Shown one piece after another: positions 27,817 through 37,457 of a stretch of 64,000 nt of DNA (the first letter of the stretch is position 1; each line of letters starts with the position of its first letter). Made by a program: the position numbers and the translations under genes. The stretch lies in NCBI GenBank assembly GCA_039683275.1, contig JBDKRP010000130.1:839-64838 (forward strand), written 5' to 3'. The notes under the pieces were generated by a model. The model was not told the origin of the DNA. It worked only from the letters and a program-made list of their open reading frames with translations, and searched no databases. This DNA comes from Methanoregulaceae archaeon. Its GTDB lineage: Archaea > Halobacteriota > Methanomicrobia > Methanomicrobiales > Methanospirillaceae.

Positions 27817-28458
27817 CTAGAATATACCCGTGAGGATTGCATTTGCTCCTCCAATGAATGCAAGGAACCCGAGAAGTGCCGCAAGAGCATAGCTGCGGGA
27901 CGTTTTGAAAGGATTTGTTTTGATAACCCCAAGGAAAGAGTTGGCATTGATAAGGTGGAAGACGACACCAAGGACCAGCAGGGGAACAACAATTGCCGGT
28001 TGAACCACGAAAACTGTAATTGCACCATAGAAAAGGAGTTCCAGAACGAATGCCGACCGTGGGTAGTTCCATAGCCCGAGGCCGACTTTTGTATCCCGCC
28101 CCATTCCCAGTACCGGGAGATCGCGTATATGGGTTATCGCATCCAGGAGCCAGTGTGAAGCGGAAGCTGCAATAAACAGGACCCCGGCAACCGGGCCGAT
28201 AAGGTACCCGATGACGAGCCCGGGAACTGCGGCGATGAGCGTTCCGGTTACCAGGGAATGGGAGAAAGGATAACTCGTGAACCGTATTTCGCCCTGGAGC
28301 GGTGTTTCAGGATTGATGGCAACCTTTTCCTTCCCGGTGAGGACCAGGACCGGCCAGAGGAGATCCGGAAAACTGACGCCAAGCAGTACGACAAGAGGGG
28401 GGACGGACGGGAAGAGTGCGATGAGAATATAGGCGACCGCAAAGTGTCCGATGAACAT
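27817..28458 (-). CDS. Membrane-bound metal-dependent hydrolase (YdjM/DUF457-like)
   Basis: 213 aa with MFIGHFAVAY..., SHSLV and SHWLLDAITH His motifs, and about 5-6 TM segments. Confidence 0.7.
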   Translation of the reverse strand: MFIGHFAVAYILIALFPSVPPLVVLLGVSFPDLLWPVLVLTGKEKVAINPETPLQGEIRFTSYPFSHSLVTGTLIAAVPGLVIGYLIGPVAGVLFIAASASHWLLDAITHIRDLPVLGMGRDTKVGLGLWNYPRSAFVLELLFYGAITVFVVQPAIVVPLLVLGVVFHLINANSFLGVIKTNPFKTSRSYALAALLGFLAFIGGANAILTGIF

Positions 28459-28556
28459 AACCTGATATAGACAGAATGAGATGTTAGGATTTTTCTATTG
28501 GTCAAAGGCCGGCGGGAGGCAGGAGGGTATCCCAGCCAGAAGCCGGCTTTCCGGCT

Positions 28557-29225
28557 CTACCGGATCCATCCGAGTCGGACCCACCGCTCGTATTCGTCGG
28601 GCCGGAAATCCCGGTTCTCTTCGATCATCGTCCGGAAATACGACCGGTTGTCCAGGATAATCGCTTCCTGTACCGGATCAGAGTACCCGTCAGAAACTGC
28701 CTGGACGAGTGTCTTCCCGAGCGCCTTTGCCGCAGGCGCAATGGCATCAAGCGCCTCTGCATTTCCCTGCGTTGCAATATGCACCCTGCCTACAGAGACC
28801 ACACCAAGGTAGTTGAGCATATGATCCAGATAGGTAACCACCTCAGATCCTCCCGAGTCGTAAGTTGTCGAAACCGAACACCCGAACTTCCCGGTCAGTT
28901 TCTGGCAATGGATGGCATCCGCCAGCCGGTCGAAGAAGATCTTCATCTGGCCGGTGATATTGTCGATATAGACCGGCGAGGCAAAGACAATTGCATCCGC
29001 TTCCTCCATCCTTGTAAGAAGTCCCGGAACATCGTCGTCGTGCACGCAGATGCCGTTCAGCATGCAGCCCTCGCATGCCGTGCAGGGGGTAACCCGGAAC
29101 TCGGCGAGATCGATTATCTCGGTTTCCGCGCCTTCCTCCGCCGCCCCTTCCAGGACAAAACCTACAAGTTTCCGGGTCAGGCTCCGGATGGTCCGGGGAC
29201 TTCCGTGGATTGCAATAACTTTCAT
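28557..29225 (-). CDS. Iron-sulfur flavoprotein-like NADPH-dependent FMN reductase
   Basis: Only the C-terminal 222 aa of ORF 28557-30233 is used (MKVIAIHGSPR...). It has the compact Cys motif CTACEGCMLNGIC (Cx2Cx2Cx5C) typical of Isf proteins. ATG at 29225. Confidence 0.8.
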   Translation of the reverse strand: MKVIAIHGSPRTIRSLTRKLVGFVLEGAAEEGAETEIIDLAEFRVTPCTACEGCMLNGICVHDDDVPGLLTRMEEADAIVFASPVYIDNITGQMKIFFDRLADAIHCQKLTGKFGCSVSTTYDSGGSEVVTYLDHMLNYLGVVSVGRVHIATQGNAEALDAIAPAAKALGKTLVQAVSDGYSDPVQEAIILDNRSYFRTMIEENRDFRPDEYERWVRLGWIR

Positions 29226-29390
29226 TTCCGATACAGCTCCGCAGGAAGAGATTTGATGCAGGGATATTTCAAGATGGGAGACTGTTCTGCATGATTCCGG
29301 GGGTCCACGCAGGAATTCCCGGGTTACTGCCCGCAACCAGTTGAGGATCGTGCGGGAATTCCCTAATATCGCCGGGCCCCATGATGTCTG

Positions 29391-30200
29391 ATGGTTCTGC
29401 CGATGACTGCTAAATCCCTTGATTGGCTGATGTTGCTGCTTGTGGTTCTTATTGTATTCTCCGTAGCGATCCTTGTGGGACTCTCGTTTGCCACAACACA
29501 GAAAGATACAGGTACTCCCGGTACTGCCTGTTCCGGGGCCGGCATAACGAATTCCGTATATTCCGGGTTCCTCTCGTCCGATGGATGTTATTTCAAAACC
29601 CATTCCCCGCCCGAGTACCTGAATGATCTCCGGAAGCACCCGGATATTTCCGTGACCGTCCTGTCGGTCCCGCCTGACTGGATAACCAAAAAAGATGCGG
29701 AATTTCTCATCCGCCTGATCGACTCCGATGACCCGGCCTCCCCGGTAATCTCTCCGCTCAGCTCCTATATGCCGGTGAACGAGAAATCGACGGTAGGAAA
29801 CGAGGCCCTCTTCCTCCTGGAAGGCTATCGTACCGGCAGGTACCCCCCACGGCTCTGTTCGGTAGGAACATTCCAGCCGGACCGGGCCGGGATCCTGGCC
29901 TGGTGGGAGGCATATGGAAAAAGAGGGTTCCTGGATGCAGACTCTGCGATTGCACTCGTTCAGGACAGGTATTCTGATCTCCGTGAATTCCCTTCGGAAG
30001 AGTTCCCGGTGAGAACCATAACGACGGAAAAGGCCGATGATGGATGGTACGTTGCATTCATAACCGAAGGTTCCGGAGTCCCGATCACCTCTGCCCGGTG
30101 TTATATCGTGGATGACAACCGGAGCGTGCAGGAAGTTGCGGTTGTGAAGCACAGCCTCTTCGTCCAGACAGACGAGTTTTCGGCACAAAAATGCGGCTGA
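29391..30200 (+). CDS. Hypothetical membrane-anchored extracytoplasmic protein
   Basis: 269 aa with a single N-terminal TM (WLMLLLVVLIVFSVAILVGLSF) followed by a soluble domain. I recognised no family. It competes with, and is preferred over, the antisense extension of 28557-30233. Confidence 0.55.
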   Translation: MVLPMTAKSLDWLMLLLVVLIVFSVAILVGLSFATTQKDTGTPGTACSGAGITNSVYSGFLSSDGCYFKTHSPPEYLNDLRKHPDISVTVLSVPPDWITKKDAEFLIRLIDSDDPASPVISPLSSYMPVNEKSTVGNEALFLLEGYRTGRYPPRLCSVGTFQPDRAGILAWWEAYGKRGFLDADSAIALVQDRYSDLREFPSEEFPVRTITTEKADDGWYVAFITEGSGVPITSARCYIVDDNRSVQEVAVVKHSLFVQTDEFSAQKCG

Positions 30201-30217
30201 CGTTTTGGAAGACCGTA

Positions 30218-31927
30218 TCAGATCCTTCGCCATGCTGACTTCGGGATGCAGATCTCAAACCTAGCTCCTTTCCCCGGAGTTCCTGTCTCCCGAAGGGAAA
30301 TTCCGGTTATTGCAAGGATCTCCCGTGAGATAGCAAGACCCAGGCCGGTATGTTTCCCGTACCCGCAACTGAAAATCTGCTCCTTTTCCCCTTCAGGAAC
30401 CCCGATTCCGTTATCCTCAAAGATGACCAGGAGATCCCCATTGCCGGAAGGTTCCGTTGAGATCCGGATGGAGGTCAAATGCTCCCCCCCATGACGGAGG
30501 GCGTTTTCCAGGAGGTTGTAGAAGACCTTCATCGCGAGCGGATCTGCAAAGATCCCGACTCCGGCAATTTCGCGGGTGATTGCGACTCCTTCATGGTGCA
30601 GGTCATAGATTGCCCGGGAGAGCATCCCCTCAAGCGGCTGCCAGGCAGGCTGCTTCACCCCGATATCCTGGTATTCAAGAGAGAACTGGAGGTGGCGGGT
30701 GATCTTATCCGTCAGTTCAATGGACCGGGTAAGCGAGGGGTCCGGGGGGACTCTGTCATTCTTCCCGTAAAGGAGGTCCAGGTTCATGCGAAGAGCTGTC
30801 ACCAGGTTGCTGATATCATGGCGGGTAAGGCGGGTCAGGAGGGATATCTTCTCATTCGCGACACGCAGGGCTTTCTCCGCATTTTTCCGGTCCGTGATGT
30901 CCCGGATGATCAGGACGTCGCCGGCTGATTCTCCTGCAGGGTCTTTCACGAGGGCTCCCGCAATACTGATCACCCGATGTTCCTGACCATCCAGGATGAT
31001 CTCCCGGTCAGGGATACTTTCCCGATCCCCGATATCCAGACGAAGCGTGGCCCATACCGATCCCGGGAGAAAATCTTCAACCAGCTTACCCGCAATCTCC
31101 TGCTCCTTGGTATTGAAGATGGAAGCCGCTACGGCATTTGCCGCGATAATCCGGGAATCCATGTCCACCAGGATAAAACCGTCCGGCATAGTCCGGAGTA
31201 TATCCAGGACCACGGCCTGAGGTGAAAGCGTGAAGAGCCCGTATTTAAGAATAGCGTAGGTAATGACCACGGAGAAGATCAGAATCCCCACGAAAACAAG
31301 ATTTGGGGTGTGATAGCCCAGCGCCGGAAGAATAACCCCGGAGAGGGAGCCAAACCCGATGATCGTAAGGAGGCCAATAAAAACAAGCCGGTTCTGGCGC
31401 CGGATTTTCCCGGGGGGTGCTTCCCTCCAGGACGCCAGACTTGCATAGAGAGCTAGGAACAAAAGGGCAATCACAAACGAGAATTCTGCAACGTACGCAG
31501 GACTTCCCTGAACCGGATAGTATACCAGCATCCCGCCGGGTTCATAGTAAACGGCAAAGATCGAGTCCGTGAATATCTCAATAAGTGCAAAAACGACCGA
31601 AGGAACGTAGAGGATCGCTGCAAGCAGAAGGGGCGGGATACGGCTTACGAACGGGCGGGCAGTGAAGACAAAGATAAAGTGGATGGCAAAAATGATGGCG
31701 AGGATCCAGAACGAACTGAACTTGAGCCAGAACAGGAATTCCCCGTATGCGTGTGCCTGCCAGAGAAGGAACTCCCCGATGCCCCAGTACGTTGCGGCGA
31801 GCAGGGCAGCAAGGAAAAGCCGGTTTACTGCAGATGCGGTATTCTTGGCATAAACATATACTCCGAGTGCATACGTGATGAGCGCGGAAACAAGGCAGAA
31901 AGACACGAGAAGTGCAAAATATATCAT
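30218..31927 (-). CDS. Sensor histidine kinase (N-terminal 7-TM module, PAS, HisKA-like, HATPase_c)
   Basis: 569 aa with an H-box RLTRHDISNLV, N box LLENALRHG and G boxes DNGIGVP / GLGLAISREI. A PAS-like segment (ILRTMPDGFILVD...) is present. Confidence 0.9.
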   Translation of the reverse strand: MIYFALLVSFCLVSALITYALGVYVYAKNTASAVNRLFLAALLAATYWGIGEFLLWQAHAYGEFLFWLKFSSFWILAIIFAIHFIFVFTARPFVSRIPPLLLAAILYVPSVVFALIEIFTDSIFAVYYEPGGMLVYYPVQGSPAYVAEFSFVIALLFLALYASLASWREAPPGKIRRQNRLVFIGLLTIIGFGSLSGVILPALGYHTPNLVFVGILIFSVVITYAILKYGLFTLSPQAVVLDILRTMPDGFILVDMDSRIIAANAVAASIFNTKEQEIAGKLVEDFLPGSVWATLRLDIGDRESIPDREIILDGQEHRVISIAGALVKDPAGESAGDVLIIRDITDRKNAEKALRVANEKISLLTRLTRHDISNLVTALRMNLDLLYGKNDRVPPDPSLTRSIELTDKITRHLQFSLEYQDIGVKQPAWQPLEGMLSRAIYDLHHEGVAITREIAGVGIFADPLAMKVFYNLLENALRHGGEHLTSIRISTEPSGNGDLLVIFEDNGIGVPEGEKEQIFSCGYGKHTGLGLAISREILAITGISLRETGTPGKGARFEICIPKSAWRRI

Positions 31928-32189
31928 GAATGCCCTACATCCACGGGTATTCCGGTACGGGGGGGTACTGGAGCAGCAGAAATCCGGGAAATACCTCTGT
32001 CAGGCCCCTGGCCGACGGGAAGATCCGGACCCGTCATACAGTCGATATATACTTCTTCCACCATACTTAAAAACGCTTTGGAGTTTATAGTAATTTTTCG
32101 GTACCCGCGATAATTCTTCAGATTTCCCCGGCACCGCGAAGCCGGGAGCAGAAACCTATTCACGACGGAATTCAATTTATTTCCTCAGA

Positions 32190-33470
32190 ATGAAATTGGG
32201 GTATCCGGTTGAGAGGGTAGGTGGGTATATCCGTCCATTTCAGGAGAACCCCAACCTACCCCGGACTTACCGGACGGGTGACCGGGAGCCGGGACTCGTT
32301 CGGGTCACCGTCGCCAAAAAAGCACTTCCAATACTGGTTATCGTTACCTTCCTGGGTGTCGGGTACTATATTCTTCCGATGGTCCTGAACGGGAATCTCC
32401 AAATCCCAAATCCGGTATCAGGAAATACGTCTTACCAGGATCCGGCTGCCGCTGTAACCCGGGAGACCCTGACACCTCTACCTCCAGCAACTGCCAATGT
32501 CACCAGCGCCGCTCCTCCCACGCGTCAGAATACACCGGCATCAGGGACACATGATTCACTGGACCGTACCTACACCTGGACCTACAAGGGAACCGAATGG
32601 TCCTGGACCGGGGGATTTGCGAAAGCCGGGTACCAGTATTACCGGAATAAATCCCACAGCAGGGAGAGTAATTATGCCGGATATGCCCTTTCGGATTACG
32701 ACCGTCAGATGCTTCAGGGAATCGTCCGGAAATTCGAAGAGGCCGGAAAGGAACACGGGTACACGGAATACGACACTATCATGAACATTGCGGCATTCGT
32801 CCAGTCGCTTCCCTATACTTCCGATAAAATAACGACAGGGTACGATGAATATCCACGCTACCCTCTCGAAACGCTCGTAGACGGAGGAGGAGACTGCGAC
32901 GATACTGCAATTCTCACTGCAGCACTCCTCGACGAACTGGGATACGGTGTTGTCTTACTCCAGCTTCCGAATCATATGGCCGTAGGTGTCAAAGGGGAAG
33001 ATACCCTCTCCGGCACCTATTTCGAATACCAGGGTTCGCGGTACTACTATCTCGAGACAACAGGGACGAACTGGGATCTCGGGGAAATCCCGGGCGAGTA
33101 TGCAAACCAGTCGGCGAAAGTCCTGCCGCTGGTCCAGGTTCCCTCCATGGAAATGGTCTGCTCGACAAAACCCACAGGATCTGATGCCGGATACTTTTAC
33201 TACCGAATACATTGCGACATCAGCAACACAGGGGTCGGCACTGCCAGGAACGCCAGTCTCTACATTGCAGCTCTTGCACTGAGCCGGGGGGAAGATCGTG
33301 TCTGGACACCGGACAGCACCGTGAAACTTGGCGATTATGCAGAAGGGGAGACAGGGTATGGCGAAGCAACCGTTCAGATCCCAAGGAATGAATTATCCCG
33401 GACAAAATGCGTTTTATCCGGGGATAATTTCGATCCGGTCACGCTTGTCTCTGCACAGTTCAGGGCATAG
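32190..33470 (+). CDS. Membrane-anchored transglutaminase-like (cysteine protease fold) protein
   Basis: 426 aa with one TM (ALPILVIVTFLGVGYYILP). The catalytic-Cys context is GGGDCDDTAILTAALLDELGY, followed by NHMAVGV. Confidence 0.75.
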   Translation: MKLGYPVERVGGYIRPFQENPNLPRTYRTGDREPGLVRVTVAKKALPILVIVTFLGVGYYILPMVLNGNLQIPNPVSGNTSYQDPAAAVTRETLTPLPPATANVTSAAPPTRQNTPASGTHDSLDRTYTWTYKGTEWSWTGGFAKAGYQYYRNKSHSRESNYAGYALSDYDRQMLQGIVRKFEEAGKEHGYTEYDTIMNIAAFVQSLPYTSDKITTGYDEYPRYPLETLVDGGGDCDDTAILTAALLDELGYGVVLLQLPNHMAVGVKGEDTLSGTYFEYQGSRYYYLETTGTNWDLGEIPGEYANQSAKVLPLVQVPSMEMVCSTKPTGSDAGYFYYRIHCDISNTGVGTARNASLYIAALALSRGEDRVWTPDSTVKLGDYAEGETGYGEATVQIPRNELSRTKCVLSGDNFDPVTLVSAQFRA

Positions 33471-33936
33471 GACATGAGGGGACTCCCTTTAGCCCGTCCG
33501 GTTTCTCATCTGAACCCCGTGCGGACTCACAGGGGCCCGGCGATACGGATGCAGGATACCAGGTGCCGCGATCTGCCTGTTCACGAATCCGGTAACTTCA
33601 AAATAACCTGCACTCAACAGGAAGCATTTATAAAAGCAGGGTAAAACCCGGTATAAAGACGAAATACGCAGGTTTGTGCACGAGAACCCTCCCGCGATTT
33701 CGCTCTTCGCAAACCGCTGCGGTTCCTCCCCGGAAATCGCGGCGGCCCGATACTCCGATGCGGGGAGATCCCGGCTGCTCCTCCTTCAGCCGGGATACCA
33801 CATCATACCCTCCGGAATTCCCCTGCCAGGGGTTTCCTGTCAATACAATCAGACCTTATCGTGAGTCATCCTTTTCCATTTTTCCATCGTGTTCCCGATG
33901 AGCGTGCTCCAGGCGCCGCTCCGATAAGATTGTTTT

Positions 33937-34392
33937 ATGAGACCATCTCCCAAATACCCGGGTATGTCATCAGATGAACGAGGAGCGCGCAGACGTCGCC
34001 ATGCAGGACACTTTCTCATCCCGGCGGGGATACTGATAGGCCTCGGCGTGGGGCTCCTGGCCGGCTACGTGGCATCCGGGGTCCTGATCGGATTGGGCTG
34101 TGGTTTCGTGCTATCCGCATTTGCAAAAGGGACAACTGATATACCGGGTCCGGACAGCTCCCTTCCCGGGTCTCCCCGGGAACCAGAACATTCGTGCTGC
34201 GGTTCATATCCCTGTGGACCGGGAACATGCAGCAATCCCCGGTGGGGCATGGGTATTGTCGGGATTTTCATCATTCTCGTGGGGATCGGGATTACCTGGG
34301 CCCCTCCGGACTTCTGGAAGTATATCATTGCCGGATTTCTGATACTCTTCGGGGTCTGGTTTGTGTACCGGGAATATTCCCGGAACCACTGA
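33937..34392 (+). CDS. Hypothetical membrane protein with Cys-rich loop
   Basis: 151 aa with Gly-rich TM helices (AGILIGLGVGLLAGYVASGVLIGLGCGFVL) and a loop HSCCGSYPCGPGTCSNP. An alternative start lies at 33964. Confidence 0.5.
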   Translation: MRPSPKYPGMSSDERGARRRRHAGHFLIPAGILIGLGVGLLAGYVASGVLIGLGCGFVLSAFAKGTTDIPGPDSSLPGSPREPEHSCCGSYPCGPGTCSNPRWGMGIVGIFIILVGIGITWAPPDFWKYIIAGFLILFGVWFVYREYSRNH

Positions 34393-34460
34393 TTTTTCCG
34401 TCATCCCGACTGTCCGGAAAAAAGCAAAAATTCTTGACTGCACGATGACAAAATCCTCCG

Positions 34461-35162
34461 ATGCAGATTAAATCCGTCGTCATCATTGTCGCCTTCATCG
34501 TTATAGGATGGTTTCTGATTGTCCCGGCACTCCTGCCGGTTATCCATTATAATCCGATCGATGCGAAAGCGAGTGCCGCAATCGGGGACACGCTCGTCCT
34601 CTCCAACAAGTCAGAATTTGCCCTGTACTGGTACGAACGGGCAGTTGCCGCTGATCCGAACAGTACGGATACCCTGAATAAACTGGGGATCGCGTACCAG
34701 AAAACCGGAAACCTGACTGCTGCGAACCAGGTTTTCGAAAAAGTTATCGAGCAGAGCGGGAACTCCACAACGGGTCTCGAATTGCGGGCAAATGCCCTTG
34801 TCCGTCAGGGAAAATATGCCGAGGCTGTTACGTACTACAATAAAGCGCTCGAACAAAGCCCGAATGACGCCACTATCCTGGTTCTCAAAGGAGATGCCCT
34901 CCTTGCTTCCGCAGTATCCCAGCAGCAGGCCATGCGTGAATATGCAAAAAACATCAGCGGGTATGGTTCCGGGAATAGTGCCCAGGTAACCGCGTATGAC
35001 GGACTCAAAGGGATGGATAGTTACCAGGAAGCTATCGCGAGCTACCAGAAAGCAATGCAGATCAATCCCGCCCTCACTGCCACCATCACCGCGAAGATCA
35101 TGAGCGTAACCATGAACCAGGTGAGCGAGTCCCAGAATATCTTGAACGATCTCAATTCCTAA
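34461..35162 (+). CDS. TPR-repeat protein with N-terminal membrane anchor
   Basis: 233 aa with several TPR units (ALYWYERAVAADPNSTDTLNKLGIAYQKTGNLTAANQVFEKVIE...). Confidence 0.75.
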   Translation: MQIKSVVIIVAFIVIGWFLIVPALLPVIHYNPIDAKASAAIGDTLVLSNKSEFALYWYERAVAADPNSTDTLNKLGIAYQKTGNLTAANQVFEKVIEQSGNSTTGLELRANALVRQGKYAEAVTYYNKALEQSPNDATILVLKGDALLASAVSQQQAMREYAKNISGYGSGNSAQVTAYDGLKGMDSYQEAIASYQKAMQINPALTATITAKIMSVTMNQVSESQNILNDLNS

Positions 35163-35207
35163 GAGAGAGACGTCTCATTCCGGTTCTCCACCAGATTCAT
35201 TTTTTTC

Positions 35208-35867
35208 TTACCACACCCATCCCGTCACCGGCTCTGTCAAATCCTGCCCTTCTTCCCGGGCTGAATTCACCCGCGATGAGACCGGATACGCCTGCATCTC
35301 ATCTGCCGGGGGAGGAGAGATTATGCTCTCCAGATCTTCAGGCAGGATCCGGTTCCCCGACAACCATGTCGTTTCCTGATCTTTCGCAAGAATCACCGGC
35401 ATCCGGTTGTGGATGGCGCCGACGAGCGAGTTCGGTCTCGTGGTCAGAATAGAATAGGCCGGAGAGGTCCTGTCATCCGGTCCCACCAGTTCTCCCCAGA
35501 GTCCCGCAAAGCCGAAGAGCTCTTTTTCCCGGAGATGCAGGAAATACGGGACATTCCGGCTCCCTTCCTTTTTCCATTCGTAAAATCCGTTTGCGGGAAC
35601 AATACACCGTTTGATCGGGATGATTGATGAGGGTACAGGATTTTCCCGGAGTGATTCGACCCGGATGTTTATCGGGAGCGCGCCCCGGGAAGAAAAACGG
35701 CCCCATTGCATCAATCTTGCCTCATTTCCGGCTGCTGCGTGCACGATTACCGGGTTTGCAGCAGAAGGGGCGATATTGAACTTCGACCGGAACCCGAGTG
35801 TCGGGTCGACTACGAGGAAACGCCGCCCGATCATGTCCACACCCCAGAGTGCATAGCGTCCGCACAT
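35208..35867 (-). CDS. SOS-response-associated peptidase (SRAP/YedK family, abasic-site sensor)
   Basis: ORF trimmed so the protein starts MCGRYAL (catalytic Cys2). The motifs FNIAPS, GFYEW and HNRMPVIL are present. Confidence 0.85.
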   Translation of the reverse strand: MCGRYALWGVDMIGRRFLVVDPTLGFRSKFNIAPSAANPVIVHAAAGNEARLMQWGRFSSRGALPINIRVESLRENPVPSSIIPIKRCIVPANGFYEWKKEGSRNVPYFLHLREKELFGFAGLWGELVGPDDRTSPAYSILTTRPNSLVGAIHNRMPVILAKDQETTWLSGNRILPEDLESIISPPPADEMQAYPVSSRVNSAREEGQDLTEPVTGWVW

Positions 35868-35965
35868 TATACTACCAGTGGTACCCGTATCAGCGATCAA
35901 TATTTCGGCGGTCCGGAGCCGTAAAACAGGTTCCTGTCCGCAGTTCCCGGACGCTGTTGCCCGGG

Positions 35966-36718
35966 TCAGGCTGCAGGAATTCCTGCTGTACCGATCCGTT
36001 GGGCAAGAATCCCGGCAACCATGGGCCGGATCTCATACGCTATCGTCCGGCCTGCGTGCCGGGTAGTAATGATCTGGTCATCCTCAAGGCGCTTCATGTG
36101 CCAAGTGACCGATGGTCCGGCAAGGCCCAGCTCCCCGGCAATTTCCTTCCGGGTCGCGTCCGGGTGGCGCACCAGAATCTCAAGGATCTCCCGGGTGGTG
36201 GAATTTCTGAGATGCTTGAGGACCCGTTGTTCATCAGGAGAGTACGTCCCGTTGTTCTCGTAAAACCTGACAGACGACGCGTCCTCTGCAAGGGTTATCT
36301 TGTGGGTCAGGAGAAGCACCCGTAGGTGGTACCGGAGGGTTCCCATCTTGAGATCCATCTCTTCCCGGAGGCCGTGCAGGTGGATTCCCGGGTTTTCCCG
36401 GATATACGTATAGATCCGGGACCTGATGGCCTGATCGAGGACGTTTGTCGTGGAGACCCGGCGGAATCCGAGATACGCCCACATCTTAAGGGAGATGAAG
36501 ATCTCAGGGGGTAGGAGGAAGATCTGGAGGGCGAGGACGGCAATCGGAAGCTCCCAGACCGGAACTGGTTCCGGTGTGCGGGGAATGGCTCCCGGGGGTG
36601 GCTGTTTTTCGTAACCGGGACGCACCACGTAATCAGTTGCGGCAGCAACAGTTCCTGCAAGGAGAAGAAGGGCAAGGGTCCCGGCAAGGATGGATGCGAT
36701 CCGGAAGGAGCTGGTCAT
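35966..36718 (-). CDS. Membrane-tethered transcriptional regulator with two winged-helix domains, copy 2
   Basis: 250 aa, collinear with 21527-22264. It shares the loop PPPGAIPRTPEPVPVWELP, the second TM and both wHTH units (IYTYIRENPGIHLHGL...; GLAGPSVTWHMKRLEDDQII). Confidence 0.7.
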   Translation of the reverse strand: MTSSFRIASILAGTLALLLLAGTVAAATDYVVRPGYEKQPPPGAIPRTPEPVPVWELPIAVLALQIFLLPPEIFISLKMWAYLGFRRVSTTNVLDQAIRSRIYTYIRENPGIHLHGLREEMDLKMGTLRYHLRVLLLTHKITLAEDASSVRFYENNGTYSPDEQRVLKHLRNSTTREILEILVRHPDATRKEIAGELGLAGPSVTWHMKRLEDDQIITTRHAGRTIAYEIRPMVAGILAQRIGTAGIPAA

Positions 36719-36722
36719 GATC

Positions 36723-37421
36723 TCACACCGAGTAGGTATTCAGGGTATAATCCCCGGCGCCCGTGCCCAGGTTCCTGACCCGGAAGAACCAATCTCCGGG
36801 TGTGAGAGTCCCGTTCCTGCCGATATCGAGAAAGATCCGGTCGTCTTCCATCAGATCCGAGGTATCATTGTACGGCCCGAGTGTCGCATCCGGTGTGTAC
36901 ACCATCAGTTCAAGATCGGTAAGGGGATCCGCCCAGTCAAGGTCGATCCATTCGTGCTGCTGGTTCTCCGGGACCGTGTCATGGAAAAATGAGACTCGCG
37001 GCACGGCAGAGACAAACACCTTCCCATTGACCGGAAGCGGGAGTTCACTTTCCGTTACCGTGACCGTTGTAAACATGTACCCCGCGCTGTTGGATGGCGT
37101 AAGGTTCACGGATATCGGGGATTCCCCTTCAGAGACGGTCACGAACATAACCTTCCGGTCGCTCCCGACGGAAACAGCATCATCCGAAAGCAGGGTGATA
37201 TTGCCGACAAGGATAGTCCGGGTACTATTTTCCCCGGGTATCGGAACGGGACTCGTCGCACCATATGCCGCTACGGTCACATTCTCAACACACCGGACAA
37301 AAGAATCGTTCCCGGACAGCCCGTCGCATGCTATTGCATACCCGGCCGAATACGCGGATCCCGTGGTAACGAGTGCGAGAAGAATCGCAGGCAGGGCCCA
37401 TACTACCATCCGGTACTGCAT
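36723..37421 (-). CDS. Secreted protein with C-terminal PPC-like beta-sandwich, copy 2
   Basis: ORF trimmed to MQYRMVVWALPAILLALVTTGSAYSAG. It has a sequon-rich middle region (NVT, NST, NIT, NLT). The C-terminal block HEWIDLDWADPLTDLELMVYTPDATLGPY...GDWFFRVRNLGTGAGDYTLNTY is homologous to copy 1. Confidence 0.65.
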   Translation of the reverse strand: MQYRMVVWALPAILLALVTTGSAYSAGYAIACDGLSGNDSFVRCVENVTVAAYGATSPVPIPGENSTRTILVGNITLLSDDAVSVGSDRKVMFVTVSEGESPISVNLTPSNSAGYMFTTVTVTESELPLPVNGKVFVSAVPRVSFFHDTVPENQQHEWIDLDWADPLTDLELMVYTPDATLGPYNDTSDLMEDDRIFLDIGRNGTLTPGDWFFRVRNLGTGAGDYTLNTYSV

Positions 37422-37457
37422 GCTCAGATCTCTTTTCCTGAGATACATAAGGTATCC

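Noticed and set aside
29226-30233. Upstream 336 codons of ORF 28557-30233 (would make a 558-aa protein)
   Set aside because: Only the last 222 aa look like an Isf-type flavoprotein, starting at a typical MKVIAIHGSPR. The upstream part is Arg/Gly/Pro-rich and antisense to a plausible membrane-anchored protein gene (29391-30200).
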